A program made the translations under genes and the position numbers. This document shows, one piece after another, positions 1 through 12,600 of a stretch of 64,000 nt of DNA (positions are counted from its first letter, which is position 1; every line of letters starts with the position of its first letter). This DNA is from Neophaeotheca triangularis (Eukaryota): positions 62,001 to 126,000 of the forward strand of contig BAAIJX010000010.1 of NCBI GenBank assembly GCA_054600435.1, read 5' to 3'. The notes below the pieces were generated by a model. It ran no database searches and was not told the origin of the DNA. It saw only the letters and a program-made list of their open reading frames with translations.

Positions 1-2331
1 ATGCTAGGCAATGTCCCAGGGCGGCCTGATCCTCGATCTGAACAGGCGTATCGCGACCAGGCAGCTTCCAAGCTCAAGCCAGTCGTTGGTACTAAGGTCG
101 GAAGGCCCTACTTCCACAAAGCCAGAAGCATTGATCACTGCTTGAAGATACTGGGCTCCCAGCCCTGGGTTCTGGAGCGCAAATACGACGGAGAGTACTG
201 CGAGATCCATATTGACTTGGCGAGGTCTTCGGTCGTCAAAGACTGTATTCAGATTTTCTCAAAGAGCGGTAAGGATTCTACGGCAGACCGTAAAGCCATC
301 CACCAGACATTGGTCGATTGCCTGAGGCTGGGCAGTCCGGGCTGTAGGATAAAAAGGCAAGCCATCCTGCTTGGGGAGCTTGTCGTATTTTCAACGGACC
401 AGGTGGACCCTTTACCATTCGAAAAGTTGAGAAGCCACGTGAGTCGCTCAGGATCCTTTCTTGGAACAGACGAAGATTCGGTGCCGAGCTCGGATGAACA
501 CCTCGGTATAGTGTTCTTCGACGTGTTGCTCCTCGACAACGAGGTGGTTATGCGCAAGCCTATAGAGCAACGGCGTCAAGTATTGCGCAACGTATACGAG
601 AAGCTGCCAAATCGAGCTCAAAGCGCCGAATGGAAGGTTGTTGACTTCGGCGTTTACGGTAGCGAGGAAGCGGTCAAGAAATTAGTCCATCAATTTGCTG
701 CATCGATCGCTACTCGGTGCGAGGGATTGGTGCTGAAGCCGTGCAATATGCCGTACTTTTCTCTTGCTGCAAGCTCACAAAGCTACAAGCATAGCTTTAC
801 CAAAGTGAAAAAAGATTACATTGCTGGAGCTGGGGATGAAGCGGACCTTGCAGTCATCGGTGCCAGCTACGATGCGCAACAAGCGGCCAAGAACGGTTTT
901 CCCGGCGTACGATTCACAGAGTTTTTCCTTGGATGCCTGACAAACAAAGACGAAGTTTTACACTTCCAGGCCAAACCAAACTTCAGGGTCGTAGGTACCA
1001 TACAGCAAGACAAGTGCATTCCAATGCCCGTTCTGAAAGCCGCAAACTCGATTGGCAATTTCTCCTCAAAAGCGTTCGGCTCACCAGAGGCTACGTCAAA
1101 CTTGAACATTGAGCTTAGCAGTGCGCAAGCTAGACCTGATGTGATCTTTACGACGCCGCTTGTCTTCGAAGTACTCGGTTCTGGTTTCGAGAAAGCTTCC
1201 AACGCGAGACACATGTGGCTACGGCATGCCAGGGTGAAGAAACTGCATGAAGATCGTCACTGGATTGAAACCTGTACTTACCAGGACTTTCAAGAACAAG
1301 CGAAAGTGTCTCGAGAAGCACCGGTCGATTCAGAGTCGCAAGAGACTCTTCATTGGATAGAGCGGCTAGAGGCGACACTCAGGAAGAAATTTGAGCGAGA
1401 GAGGACAGCCACGCCTCGTACTTCCTCTACTACGACGTCTCCAGACGCAAGCCGTATGAGAAGCTCTGCTTTGACTCGAGAAGTGAGGAGAAGCAGTGGC
1501 TCATCCGTCGCTTTCCGCAAACCTGCTACTCCCACCACGACCAAGAGCACCTCGATGATTTTGAGTGGCAATACGCTGGTTGAGACACGGACAGCTGTCA
1601 AGCGGACACAGACGACAGATACCCCGTGCCCAGCGAAGAAGCCACGTCTGGACACCTCCGGGGTTTCTTCATCGGCAAACAAAGGCAACGCGGATCTGTC
1701 ACCAAAGTCAGGACTTTCTCGTAGCATGCCGCTTGGAGATATCACCAACACTGTCCCTCTAGGAGTCTCAGCACTGCCAAGTATTCGACGTCCACCATAC
1801 AATACGTCCGCGCCTAACCCTTCTCTCGACCAAAGTGCGAAGCCTGTAAAGGCGCTCTCACCAAAACGACAAAGCTCAACCACGTGCAAAGCCGGCAACT
1901 GCCTCCTATCGCAAGCCGTAGTCTACCTAGTCCCCTGCATAGCCAAAACCCCATACATAACAGACGACCTCCTCCCCGACCACGAATGCCCGAAAATCTC
2001 CGACCTAAACCACTGGAACCGCGACGCCTTTGCCTCGCCAGCCGTGCCCGAAACCGTCTCCGAGAGCCAGGCCTACAAGGCTTTGCGCAAGATTGTCCTG
2101 GTCGAAGCGAAGCGGAGCCAAGCTGTCAAGACTGTTGTCGAGCAGATCGAGCGCTTGAACGACGGCAAGCTGCGAGAGCGGGTGGAGGTGTACGACTGGC
2201 GGGTCTTGGAAATCTGCAAGGGACATGATCGGAGGAGTTGGGAGTTGAAGCGGTTTTTACTTGGTGCGACGATACCCGATGATGGCCAGGGACGGGCTTG
2301 CTTTGTTCAGAATCCGAGTTTTGGCGTTTGA
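1..2331 (+). CDS. Fungal ATP-dependent DNA ligase-domain protein (adenylation + OB domain, low-complexity linker, possible BRCT-like C-terminus); probably 5'-truncated by the window edge
   Basis: 776-aa ORF with ligase motif I ERKYDGEY (KxDG), motif III-like LLGELV, IIIa FFDVLLL, IV EGLVLK, V KVKKDY and OB-domain DLAVIGA. Confidence 0.85.
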   Translation: MLGNVPGRPDPRSEQAYRDQAASKLKPVVGTKVGRPYFHKARSIDHCLKILGSQPWVLERKYDGEYCEIHIDLARSSVVKDCIQIFSKSGKDSTADRKAIHQTLVDCLRLGSPGCRIKRQAILLGELVVFSTDQVDPLPFEKLRSHVSRSGSFLGTDEDSVPSSDEHLGIVFFDVLLLDNEVVMRKPIEQRRQVLRNVYEKLPNRAQSAEWKVVDFGVYGSEEAVKKLVHQFAASIATRCEGLVLKPCNMPYFSLAASSQSYKHSFTKVKKDYIAGAGDEADLAVIGASYDAQQAAKNGFPGVRFTEFFLGCLTNKDEVLHFQAKPNFRVVGTIQQDKCIPMPVLKAANSIGNFSSKAFGSPEATSNLNIELSSAQARPDVIFTTPLVFEVLGSGFEKASNARHMWLRHARVKKLHEDRHWIETCTYQDFQEQAKVSREAPVDSESQETLHWIERLEATLRKKFERERTATPRTSSTTTSPDASRMRSSALTREVRRSSGSSVAFRKPATPTTTKSTSMILSGNTLVETRTAVKRTQTTDTPCPAKKPRLDTSGVSSSANKGNADLSPKSGLSRSMPLGDITNTVPLGVSALPSIRRPPYNTSAPNPSLDQSAKPVKALSPKRQSSTTCKAGNCLLSQAVVYLVPCIAKTPYITDDLLPDHECPKISDLNHWNRDAFASPAVPETVSESQAYKALRKIVLVEAKRSQAVKTVVEQIERLNDGKLRERVEVYDWRVLEICKGHDRRSWELKRFLLGATIPDDGQGRACFVQNPSFGV

Positions 2332-2520
2332 AAGGAGATGGTTGACGTGTCAATTGTATCGTTGGACTGAACGGTAGGGAGGTTAGGATTGTTCCAAGCT
2401 ATCTAGTTGCGTGTGAGGACGCTTTGATGGAAATCACGTATTCTCTTCTGCACAATCGACATTCTAGACGGTTGTGACTAGGAAAACATATTCCGAGATC
2501 CCGACTACAACCAGCTCCAA

Positions 2521-4687
2521 TCAACCCCAAATGGCATCCTTTGCCCTCCCGCCTCCCCCAACCTGCGGCGGCGTCGTCAAAGTATAACTCCAAGCCTCGA
2601 CGCCATCGACAAAAAGCCGATAATGCAGAATCGACTGATCGCTCGTAGGCGGGTTGCTGATACTAACAGCCCCGAATTTCGAATTCCCATCGGGTATGTA
2701 CTTGATGCAGACGTCGCTGACGTAGTCGTCGGAAGTGGAAGACTCGGCGTAAGTGCGGACCGGGAGGTAGAACATGTTGAGTGGGCTGGCGGAAAACTCG
2801 TGGACGGTAGCGCTCAGGGGCCAGCGCTTGCGGTTGGTGAGGGGTTGATCGGGGGGGAGCTGGGCGCTCTCGGGGCGGCGGGCTAGGGGGTCGAGAGCGG
2901 CGGCGACGTTGCCCAGGCCGGTGAGTTCGAGTTTGCCGTCGGGAGGGGGCGGGAAAGCGGTGGCGGCGAATTCGTGGCGGTCGCCGGAGAGCACGACGAC
3001 GCCGACGCCGCCGCGAAGCCCGACGTCCCACATGGCTTCGAGGATGATTTGACGCTCGCCTAGGTAGCCGCGCCAGGTGTCTTGGGCGCCGAACCACCAG
3101 TTTTTGGTAAAGGGAATGCTGCTGATGAGGATTTTCCACTTGACGCCGCTGGGCTCGGGTTGCTTCAGCCAGGCCAGTAGGTCTGAGAGCTGTTGCTCGC
3201 CGAGGATGGTTTTGGTGGGCTCTCCTGTAACAGGGTCAGAGCCGTTGGTGTTGTCGTTGGGTGAGCGGTAACGCCTTGTGTCGAGCATGAAGAAGCTAGC
3301 TGGACCTTGTTTAAAGGAGAAATAGGTCTCGCTAGTACGGGCTGGTGGCGGGTTGACAGAAGTGTGGTAGTGCGTGTAAGGGTCATTGGCAGCTTCAAAA
3401 ACTCCTGTAGTATTGCAATCCCAGTCGTTTGCCACCTCATGGTCATCGTAGACGTGAATCCAAGGCAGACTTTTCGCAGCAGGTTCCCAGTCCGGAGAGG
3501 CGTATACTTGGCGATAGTGCTGACGGTAGTCTTCGGCAGTACCTCCTTGCCTTCTTGGCACATCGATGTAGATGAAGTCGCCGAGAAAGACCATAAATTG
3601 CGCCTTCAGCGACGGGATCAGCTTGGCCAGAGATTGCAAGCCCGGATTACGAAGAGCATGGGAGAATGCCTTGTAGGGAAATCCGTTCTTGAGGCATGAT
3701 GAATGCAGAAATGTAAACTCGTCTGTCGATCCGGGTCGCTTCGAGATTTGACCAACTTTGGGTGAAGTGACGAACGAGCCATCATGATCGTTGCTAACGG
3801 CGAACTGGTACTTTGTGTCAGGGAGCAGGTTGGACAACTCGACTGACCCGGTGAAATCAGTGCTCTCGTCTAGCCAGTCGAGCATGCCAGCATTCTTCCA
3901 CGAGGTGTCATGGGAAGCGCCGCTGCTGGTCAGTGGCGAATCGGCGTATCTGTATGATACTGTAACAGGATATCGAGCACCATCAGGCTCACGGATGAGT
4001 ATCTTGGCGCTGCTGTCGGAGACAAAACCGACCCTTGCCATGGACAGATCATGCGCCGGGTGGAACAGTCTGCCTCGATATATCAGATCCGCTGACATGA
4101 GCACCAATGCCAGGTTGATCAGGAAGGTGAGGATAGTCAAGGGTAAGCTTGTCGGACTCGGTACCCCCGAGAGAAGGGTCCAAATAGGGCGAGGGCCTTT
4201 CTCACCGACCACGACTCTTTCAGACAGGTCAAGCTCCTGCGCAGGACTTGTATCCTTTGCGGCATATTTGGAGTCGGCAAGAAGCTCGCCATCACTCTCC
4301 TCGCTGCTCCCTCCGTTGTGCAGATTGTCCTTGGCGACTATGTCGATCTCGTCTTCGATCACCTCATAAGGCGAGGTATGAACGAGACTATACAGGAAAC
4401 TGGGGACATAGGCTAGGAATGCGGCCCAGATGAGGGGAGGTAGGTCCTGTTGAACATCAGCTCGGCATCATGTAGTCGGGGGCCAGTGGAGATTACGAAC
4501 ATGACCGGGTATCTGGTTAGGCGGTCGTCAGTACAACGGACGTGTCAGGTGTGCCGGCGCAAACCTTTGCTCATTACAAGGTACCTACCCATCTCAGGAA
4601 GACGAAGGTGAGCAGCCTCAATGCTGTCGAGCTTGCAGCGGTCAGATACTGTACCGCGCCACCGTCCGAAGGCGTTGGGCTTGACAT
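2521..4687 (-). CDS. PhoD-like alkaline phosphatase family protein with N-terminal membrane segments; 3 exons (4687-4589, 4512-4501, 4446-2521)
   Basis: PhoD motifs FLGDFIYID, YDDHEV, FMLDTRRYRS, DTW, LSGDRH. Spliced N-terminus MSSPTPSDGG...FVFLRW/IPGH/DLPPLIW is in frame; introns have GT donors and CTAAC/CTGAT branch points. Confidence 0.9.
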
Positions 4688-5406
4688 GTCTTCTACAAAT
4701 GGCTAAGTACCTAACTTCGGTAAAAGAGGATGCCCGTAGCCATCAGTTCGCCTATCGCAACTTGGAAAGACGTGGACGGGAGACAAGACAGCAAGTGAGG
4801 TGACGCGACCGTCACAATACCTAATATGGAAGTTAATGAGTGGAGTATTTTGATTGCTGACGTGACGAACTTTGGAAGTCAGTGCTTTCGCGTGCACGCG
4901 CAACCGAACAACAACCCGCTCCGCATGTCAATATGCGTATCACGTCAGCAGTCAGTAGTGCTGGGTACTCCAGGCTATCCAACTACAGATAGTTAGTTAT
5001 ACAGTATGATTCTCCGTGGTCTTGTATCGTAAACCTGGTTGTGTTGTAGTGCAGAGTATACATAGCTTCACCTTGCGAGGCAGGTGATAGAAGTGCAATC
5101 GATGCCCCTTAGTTTCTGACCGATACGATACATAGTGTAGACTCGCTTCCAAAGCATTCTGGAGGTGAACTAGATCATCTAGTAGCTCTCAGCAGTGTGC
5201 TATTTCTCAGCCGCTGTCTTGACGTGCATACACTGGCGAGACTGAACCCGTATCTTGCGAAACTGCTGCCTAGGTGCGGAGCTCCGTCCGGCCTTGCGTC
5301 TTGCTTGCATTCAGAGGACGCGGGTGGTAATGTCTTCACCCACAATACAACTCTTTCCTTGCAAATCACACCACCAAACTCGTCTTCACCGGGTCACTCT
5401 TGAAAC

Positions 5407-5936
5407 ATGGAACTACCCTGGCCCAAAGAAAGCGGCGTCTGGCAGACCTACGCCCTGCACTGCCACTGCGGCGCCGTCCGCTACAACATGACCATTTCAC
5501 CGCCCCTCCTCGCCGAACACATCCCAGCGGGCGCGGAAGACAAAGCCATCTACACCGTCGTCGACTGCAAGTGCTCGCACTGCGAGCGCAACGGCGCCAT
5601 AGCCATTCACCCACTGACCAAAAATGTCGAGTTCACCCGAGGAGAAGACCATCTCAAAGAGTACCGCTTCGGCAACAAGGTCATCCCGCACAAGATTTGC
5701 ATGACTTGTGGAAGCTTTGTGGGCTCTGATCTTACGGCCTTGACCGATATGGTGAAGCAGGACAAGAGGATGATGATTAATGTCAGTTCCGTGGAGAGTC
5801 TTGTGAGTCCAGGAAAAAGCGTCTGACATGGGGTTTTTAGCTCCGAATGCTCAAGGATATCCCTTTGGACCGCCTCTCGTTGAAGACCAATGAGATGATG
5901 AAGAGCATGCCGCCAAAGTACGATATTGGTCCGTAG
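5407..5936 (+). CDS. GFA / CENP-V (Mss4-like) zinc-binding protein; exons 5407-5781, 5841-5936
   Basis: CHCGAVRY, CKCSHC and CMTCGS motifs; intron GTCAGT..CTGAC..TAG joins MMIN/LRML as typical of the family. Confidence 0.85.
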
Positions 5937-7677
5937 GAAGCTTACTTAGGAATTCAATGTGAATGGAGCAGCGATAGCCTCCTTTGTTGTCAGACTTGTG
6001 GTTTGTGTATTGTCGAGGAAGGGGTTGTGGGTCAAAGAAGATGGCCTGATCCATCGAGGTAGTAGCTTGTTCGTGGGTGCTGCATCGCTCCGTCTAATCG
6101 GAGGAGGGTCTATTCATGACCACCGCGTTTGTCTAGTCATTCAGCGGGCTGACTTGAACACCACTGCAGCCTCTGGTCTTCGAAAGGTACAGTCAAGATG
6201 AGCCCTCTGGTAGATACTGTTCTCATCTAGCGTTCGAAAAGACATCTGTGCATCTAGTAAATATGACGTTTCATCCATGTTGCTTTCTACAAAACAGGCG
6301 AGCAAATCTGAACCTTTGCTAGACACTGGGAAGCTGTGCGAGAAGCAAGTGCAAGTACGTCACATGGTTTTTGCTACGTCTAGAGAGATGACATCGCAGT
6401 GGGCATGGGTGCCTTCAGCCTACGTGGTGGTGATATAAGCAAGTCCTCCTTTAACAGCCCATGGGCATGCTGGCGAGCATCCGCCATCAGTGACGACGCC
6501 TTGTATGTTAACTAAGCGAGGCGTTCGTGGAAGACGTTGACCGCTCGGAGGACTACAATCAGTCGAGCGAAGCGCGCAATAAACTACAGTGTTGAGCGTC
6601 AGCTCAGTATACTACATATATTGGACAGAGTACGAGTACGGAATCTAGCAGTCAGACAGTACCAATTGACCGCATGCTCAACCAGCTATCTGCATCAAGG
6701 GCAAGATGCGGCTGAGGCGTTGGTTTACCAGATGTATGTTGTATTCATCGTGCTGATCTTTGAAGGGGAGTCTGAAGTTTTCTTGACTGTACCTTGTCGT
6801 TGGCGTGTGCTGTGGGTGCACGAGCACGAGTATCCGTGTTGTACGTCTCTCGAGACTCCTGCCCATGTTCACTGCTCGAGTACTCGAGTACTCGAGGAGG
6901 TCAAGCAGCCTTTGCCATGAGTCCAAGTTGGTCCAGAGCACACTCTCGGAGAACTTGAAAACACTGCTTGCTCGGAAAATTGACAATGAGCGTGACTCTA
7001 CGATTCAAAGAGACAACGATATATTGTCCCATCTTTCAGGTCGTCAACGCATCATGGGCGCCGTCTCTTACGAGACTACCCTCGTGTTGACGGTTTTAGA
7101 AGTGGTATTTCAATCTCGACGCACACATCGGAGTCGTCGACATCCATGCGGTGTACCTCGAAGGAACGGATAGTGACGATGATTTGAGTCGGTGGTCTTG
7201 CTGTTATGGAAAAGAAGAAGAGAAGGAGAGGAGAGAGAGAGAAGAGGTCAGCGCTGGGAATTTTTTGCGGCGGTCAAGCGAAGCTTCGGAGGAGAGCGCA
7301 CGGACGTGAGGCGGCAAGAGCTTGGCTTTGAGAAGAGACAGAGAGAGCTGGCCGGGCTAGAAGCAACAAGGTCGCTGTTATTGTTGCAAACCGCTTCTCT
7401 CATCCTCTTCCATAACTACTGCCAAATACCCACTTCTGCATTGAACAAAGTCTTGTCCTCGCTATTGACATCCAACAGCTCTTCTTACGCCGAATCCTCA
7501 CGAGAATTTCCACCGCCTCCTAGTCGCAACCCGCATGTCAAACACCTTCCACAGCTCCCTCCCGTTAGACCCCAGCACGACACCTGCGCTCCATCCTCTA
7601 CCTCGCACCGTACACACTTAACTCATTGATAGTCAACAACAGTTGGCAAGTCTTCTACCACCCGCACACCGCTCCCA

Positions 7678-8801
7678 ATGGACAACAAGGCCGACAACAC
7701 TCCGACGAATCTTTGGGACCGACGTTCAGCGTATGTTTCCCTGCCCTTGCCTTGCCCCACTACCTCCGGCGTCTGTCTCCCTGGCCTTAAGCTAATGAGG
7801 ATGCGCGCAGTAACACGAGCAAACCATCACTATCCACTCGAGACAGCCATAGCACACCCAACAAGCGCTACCCTAGCAACAACAACCACAACTCTCTCGG
7901 CCGCATAAGCACCAGCGCAGTCGCCTCGCCTACCGCTGCAGGTGCTTCTTCCGCCTTTGGCCTAGGCAGTGGGGCGTTCGCCAGCTTCGGAAGTGCAAAC
8001 AAACCCCCAAAGACTCCAGGTTCAGCGTTCGACTTTGCTAAAGCGGGTCCAGAGAAGAAAGAGTCACAATCGCCGGCACCAGACGGCGACGATAAGGATG
8101 CCAGGAAACCACCGATGAAGTCGTCAGCTTCTGCACTGCGACCTTCAGCTGGGCCTCCCGAGTCTAACTCAGCCGCCAACAAGGACAATGCCGGTTCCTG
8201 GCCCCTCAAGTACTCATGGGTGATGTACTACCGCCCTCCAACCCACAAGACCTCAGACTACGAGAAGTCTATCAAACCTCTCTGTAGAATGGGTACTGCG
8301 CAGGACTTCTGGAAGGTGTATTCGCATCTCAAACGGCCGTCTGCGCTTCCGACAGTGTCGGACTACCATCTCTTCAAGGAAGGCATAAGGCCAGTTTGGG
8401 AGGATGAGGAGAACAGGCGCGGCGGGAAGTTCACAATGAGGCTTAAGAAGGGCGTTGCGGACAGGTATTGGGAAGACCTGCTGTTGGCCATCATAGGCGA
8501 TCAGTTCCTCGAGGCTGGGGAGGAGGTATGTGGTGCGGTCGTGAGTGTCAGGACTGGTGAGGACGTCATATCAATCTGGACGAAGAACAATGGTGGGCGC
8601 AACGTGAAGATCCGAGAGACGATCAAGCGCCTGCTCGATCTTCCTGCGGACACGAATCTGCAGTTTAAGAGCCACGATGACTCCATCACCCAAGGTCAGG
8701 CTGTGAACCAGGCCAGACAGGAGAAGGGAAATCAAATGCAGAACGACAAGAGACGCAACACCATCGCCGGAAAGAATGAGAAGGAAGAGGCTGCATCATA
8801 G
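7678..8801 (+). CDS. Translation initiation factor eIF4E, class II (4EHP/eIF4E2-like; often labelled eIF4E3 in fungi); exons 7678-7730, 7811-8801
   Basis: HLKRPS..SDYHLFKEGIRPVWED..GGKF, RYWEDLLLAIIGDQF, ISIWT; Tyr (DYEK) at the first cap-binding Trp position; N-terminal ASSAFGLGSGAFASFG; intron GTATGT..GCTAAT..CAG. Confidence 0.9.
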
Positions 8802-9690
8802 AGGGTGTCGTCTTTACCATTGCGTCTTGCGTCTTGCCAATGGCGCGCTGTGGAGGGAGAGTCGCCTTCCATTCGTTCTCTTGGATAAGCGTCCCCGAGT
8901 GAGGGTGGAAATATGCGCGACGGTCGTTTCTTGCTTGCTTTGAAGCGTTCTATGGGTCTGACTATGAGCGATGGTGCTTGAGAGAAGTGCACGAGATGTA
9001 CAATACGCTGCTATCGATACCTTTCTGTAGGCTGCAGCGAAATTAAATCAAAAACAATGCCTTGTATCAAGTGCCTCTCTTTCCACTTGAATGCTTTTTC
9101 TCTCACCTGAAAGGTAAAGTAGGTATGTTCTGCAGTCTTGAATAAAGGCGGCAGAACCGCCCCGCATTCGGCATTATTTGACCGCGCTTTCACGCGTAGA
9201 GTGATTCTGACTTTCTCAATTCGGGAGCTTCAGTGCTCCCTCGGACTTAAGCCTCGACCGACCTCATCTCATCTCTTTGTGCCCACTTCACGTGCCTTCT
9301 TCACTCTTCCACGAGCTCCTGCTGAAAGGACAGGACACACTGGTGAACGAGACGGCCATGTGCACCGCCGGACGCTTCACATCTTCTCGCACTGGACCGG
9401 TACTGCCAACTACGTCAACCACCTGTGAAACCCGCCCATAGTGTTCCCACTTCGATGCCGCCTACTTTTTCCAGCAGCCTGAAGATTCTCACCGACTTGT
9501 GGTACCGGCCCTCCCACGAGCAGACGGAAGACCCCACGGACACACCTGTAAATCTCACTAACCCCAGCTCACCGCTACAATGCCCATTAAGTTCCATATT
9601 AACGAGACGCTATAGCAGATCCGAGCACAACAGGCCGCGCTGAATGGAAGTGGGCCCGGCGGAGAGGAAGAGCTGAGAGAAGCGCAGCCA

Positions 9691-12600
9691 ATGCAGGGCA
9701 CGAAGAGACAGCAACCAGCGACCACAGCATCTATTAAAGAGGAGGAAGTGGAGAGACCCAGGACCGACCGGAGAAGTGCGAATGAAAAGAGACTTGTAGG
9801 AGACTACACGAGACCTGCGGATGCAACGCCTATAGTACCTCCCACTGCACGGGCTGGACTACCACCTCACGCTCCGGCCGCTGGGTCGACACAAGCGAAC
9901 ATGGCCAGGAAGCCGGCGAGCGGTAACATGTTCACTCCCAAGAACACCTTGAACCGTAACTACCACAATCCACAAAATCGGGACGTTGCTCAAAGCAAGG
10001 CGTACCCGGCCAAGCTTCAAACTCGACAAGCGCGAGGTAACAATGTCAAGCACGCGACAACGGCACTGGGTGAAGGTTTTGAGGAGTCGCCCAACAAAAG
10101 ACGCAAGATCGACAATGGTACAAAACACGCGCCGAGACCGGCCTCACCAAGCGTCGTTGTTCCAGAGGATTTGCGGTCCACGGGAAGCTCCGATGAAGTA
10201 CTGTTGAGTGGTAGACCCGTTTCTAGCGAGACACGAAAGGCTACGAGCAACAGCCAGACATCAACCAAGACCGGCCCGAATCCAAAGGAGCGAAATCCAT
10301 TCAGTAACTCTGCTTTACGTGATGCCGACGCTCCTTTGAGGGCTCCAAAATCTCAGAGAGCCCCCAAGTCCTCGTTTACACAGCCCTCTCGCCAGAAAGC
10401 GTCCCCTATTGCGCGGCAGAACGGAGGCACCTCGAACCAACCGGTGGTGATTGACGAGGAGACAGCATGGGAGAAGGCCCGACCTGATGTGGAACAAACG
10501 AGCGGGACAGGACATACCTCAAGGCGTGGTCCTGGCTCAGCGAATGCCCGGCTCAATCAAGAGAGCGTTCATCAGAGAAGGTTCGGGATGGAAGGCGACG
10601 CAGTTTTGAGCAGGGCTGGTCCAGGTAGCCGCGGCAGCAACTCCGAGTTCCATGCTACAGATGACCCTTTGCAACTTTCTGCCTACTTCAATCCCAAATC
10701 CAAGGTCAAGGCGAAAGACAAAATGCAGACCTGTTCCGATGTGCACGGCACCCGCGACAGTATTAGCAGTGCAGATGAACTTGCTAGTTCGACAACCATC
10801 GGCAATTACTCGGCTGGGAACCGCGCTGGAGCCGGTCGCTCACGCCATGAACGCTCGCCTTCTACTTCGGACATACGACCGACCACGTTCACTCATTCGG
10901 GCAGAAAGGCGATGATCAAGCGGGATGAGCCACCGTCCCCGGTACCCCCAACTCAAGACAGCGATGCCGACACCAAAGCTGTCCCGATCGTGGCCTTCTA
11001 CGCTAGGGCATGTGTGGCCGAGGGAGCGAACCTCGAGCTCGTTTTCGATGGGGATGGTCTCGTGTACCTACACCAGAACGGAAAGCGCATTGTCGCTGCT
11101 GATGGCAACGTCATGGTGTACATAGATGGTCTCGCAGCCAAACAGTTCTCCTACAGCCAAAACAGCAATTTTGTCACTATCAATGGCTCTACCAATGGGT
11201 ACATCTGCGTTGCCCTGCATGAATACGCAGATGTCAAGTGGCTCATGGATTGCCTGCAAACAACAACAGACGACAAGATGGCCGTCATACACACGGAAAC
11301 TCAACATCTGAAACGTGTGTTCTCGCGTCAAGCAGCGGAGCTCCAGCATTGGCATGCTAAACGTTCTGCAAAAGTCCCTGCAGTTGACGAAGGAATGGAG
11401 CGAAAGATGTTGGAGAGACAGCACGCAAAAAATACATCTGCCCAGCATCCTCGCGAAGAACGCATCCAATACGAAACCGACGGGGGTGATGCTCCGGTCG
11501 TCCATGGCGTTAAAGACCGCACCGCAGCCTCGACAGTGAAGCATCAAGACCGACTCTCGTATCGCCCCTTGTATGTGTCAAACGTGAATACCATCAAAGA
11601 TCAGGATTCTGATCGTCGCCGATCTGCTCGAGCCCCGCCCAAAGTCCGCAGCCCAAGCCCAGAGTTCGTTGCCAAGTGGACAGAGATTCACAAGCCCCAG
11701 GCATGGCCGCATCCCGTCGTCTACCCATCTGAAGGCCCTCGCCGGACGACTACCGATTTTGGCGACTTGATGCGACTGGACGAGGGTGAATTCCTTAACG
11801 ATAATTTGATAAGCTTCGCGCTTCGCCGCACAGAAGAGAGCTTGAGCCCTGAGCAACGTGGACGCATTCACTTCTTCAACACATTCTTCTACTCTTCGTT
11901 GTCGACGAACAATGGGCGGCGTGCTTTCAATTATGATTCGGTTAAAAGATGGACCAAAGGCAAGGATCTCATGGGTACCCCGTACGTCGTGGTGCCTATC
12001 AACCATGACTTACATTGGTTTGTGGCCATCATTTGCAACCTGAACAGATTCACGCAACAAATAGAGTTCGATCCTTCCGACGACGAAGTTCAGGCCGTTG
12101 ACCATGCTGGCACCGTCAAAGCGAACGGAAAAGAGGAATTAGACGTCGAGATGGAGGATCTTGCGCTCTCCGAAGGCGACAAGAGTAAAGACAGCGGGAA
12201 CGACCAGATTCTCAGTGAGGCTCTGACTTCCGCCACAGCTGGACGTGAAGGAGATGGGGAGAGCAGACCAAGTACGGGAACGAGCAAGAAGTCGAAGAAA
12301 AAGGGGCCGCCGCCGTTGCCCAAGATCGATTCTCAGCAGCCCGCAATCATCACGCTCGACTCCTTCGGTAGCGCCCACACCGGAGAGGTCCGCATGTTGA
12401 AAGACTATGTCATCGAAGAGGCGAAGGATAAGAGGGGCATGACTGTCAGCCGCGATCAGATGAAAGGCATCACTGCCAAGGGCCTACCAGAGCAGACGAA
12501 TTTCTGTGACTGTGGTGTCTACTTGGTCGGTTACATCCAAGAATTTGCAAAAGATCCCGATGGTTTCGTGAGAAAGGTACTCAGTCGAGAGCTCGACAGG

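Noticed and set aside
7101..7112. 12-nt complement (AGTGGTATTTCA) to large-subunit rRNA as a + strand snoRNA guide
   Set aside because: No correctly placed D box on that strand, and 12-nt matches to rRNA are expected by chance in 64 kb.
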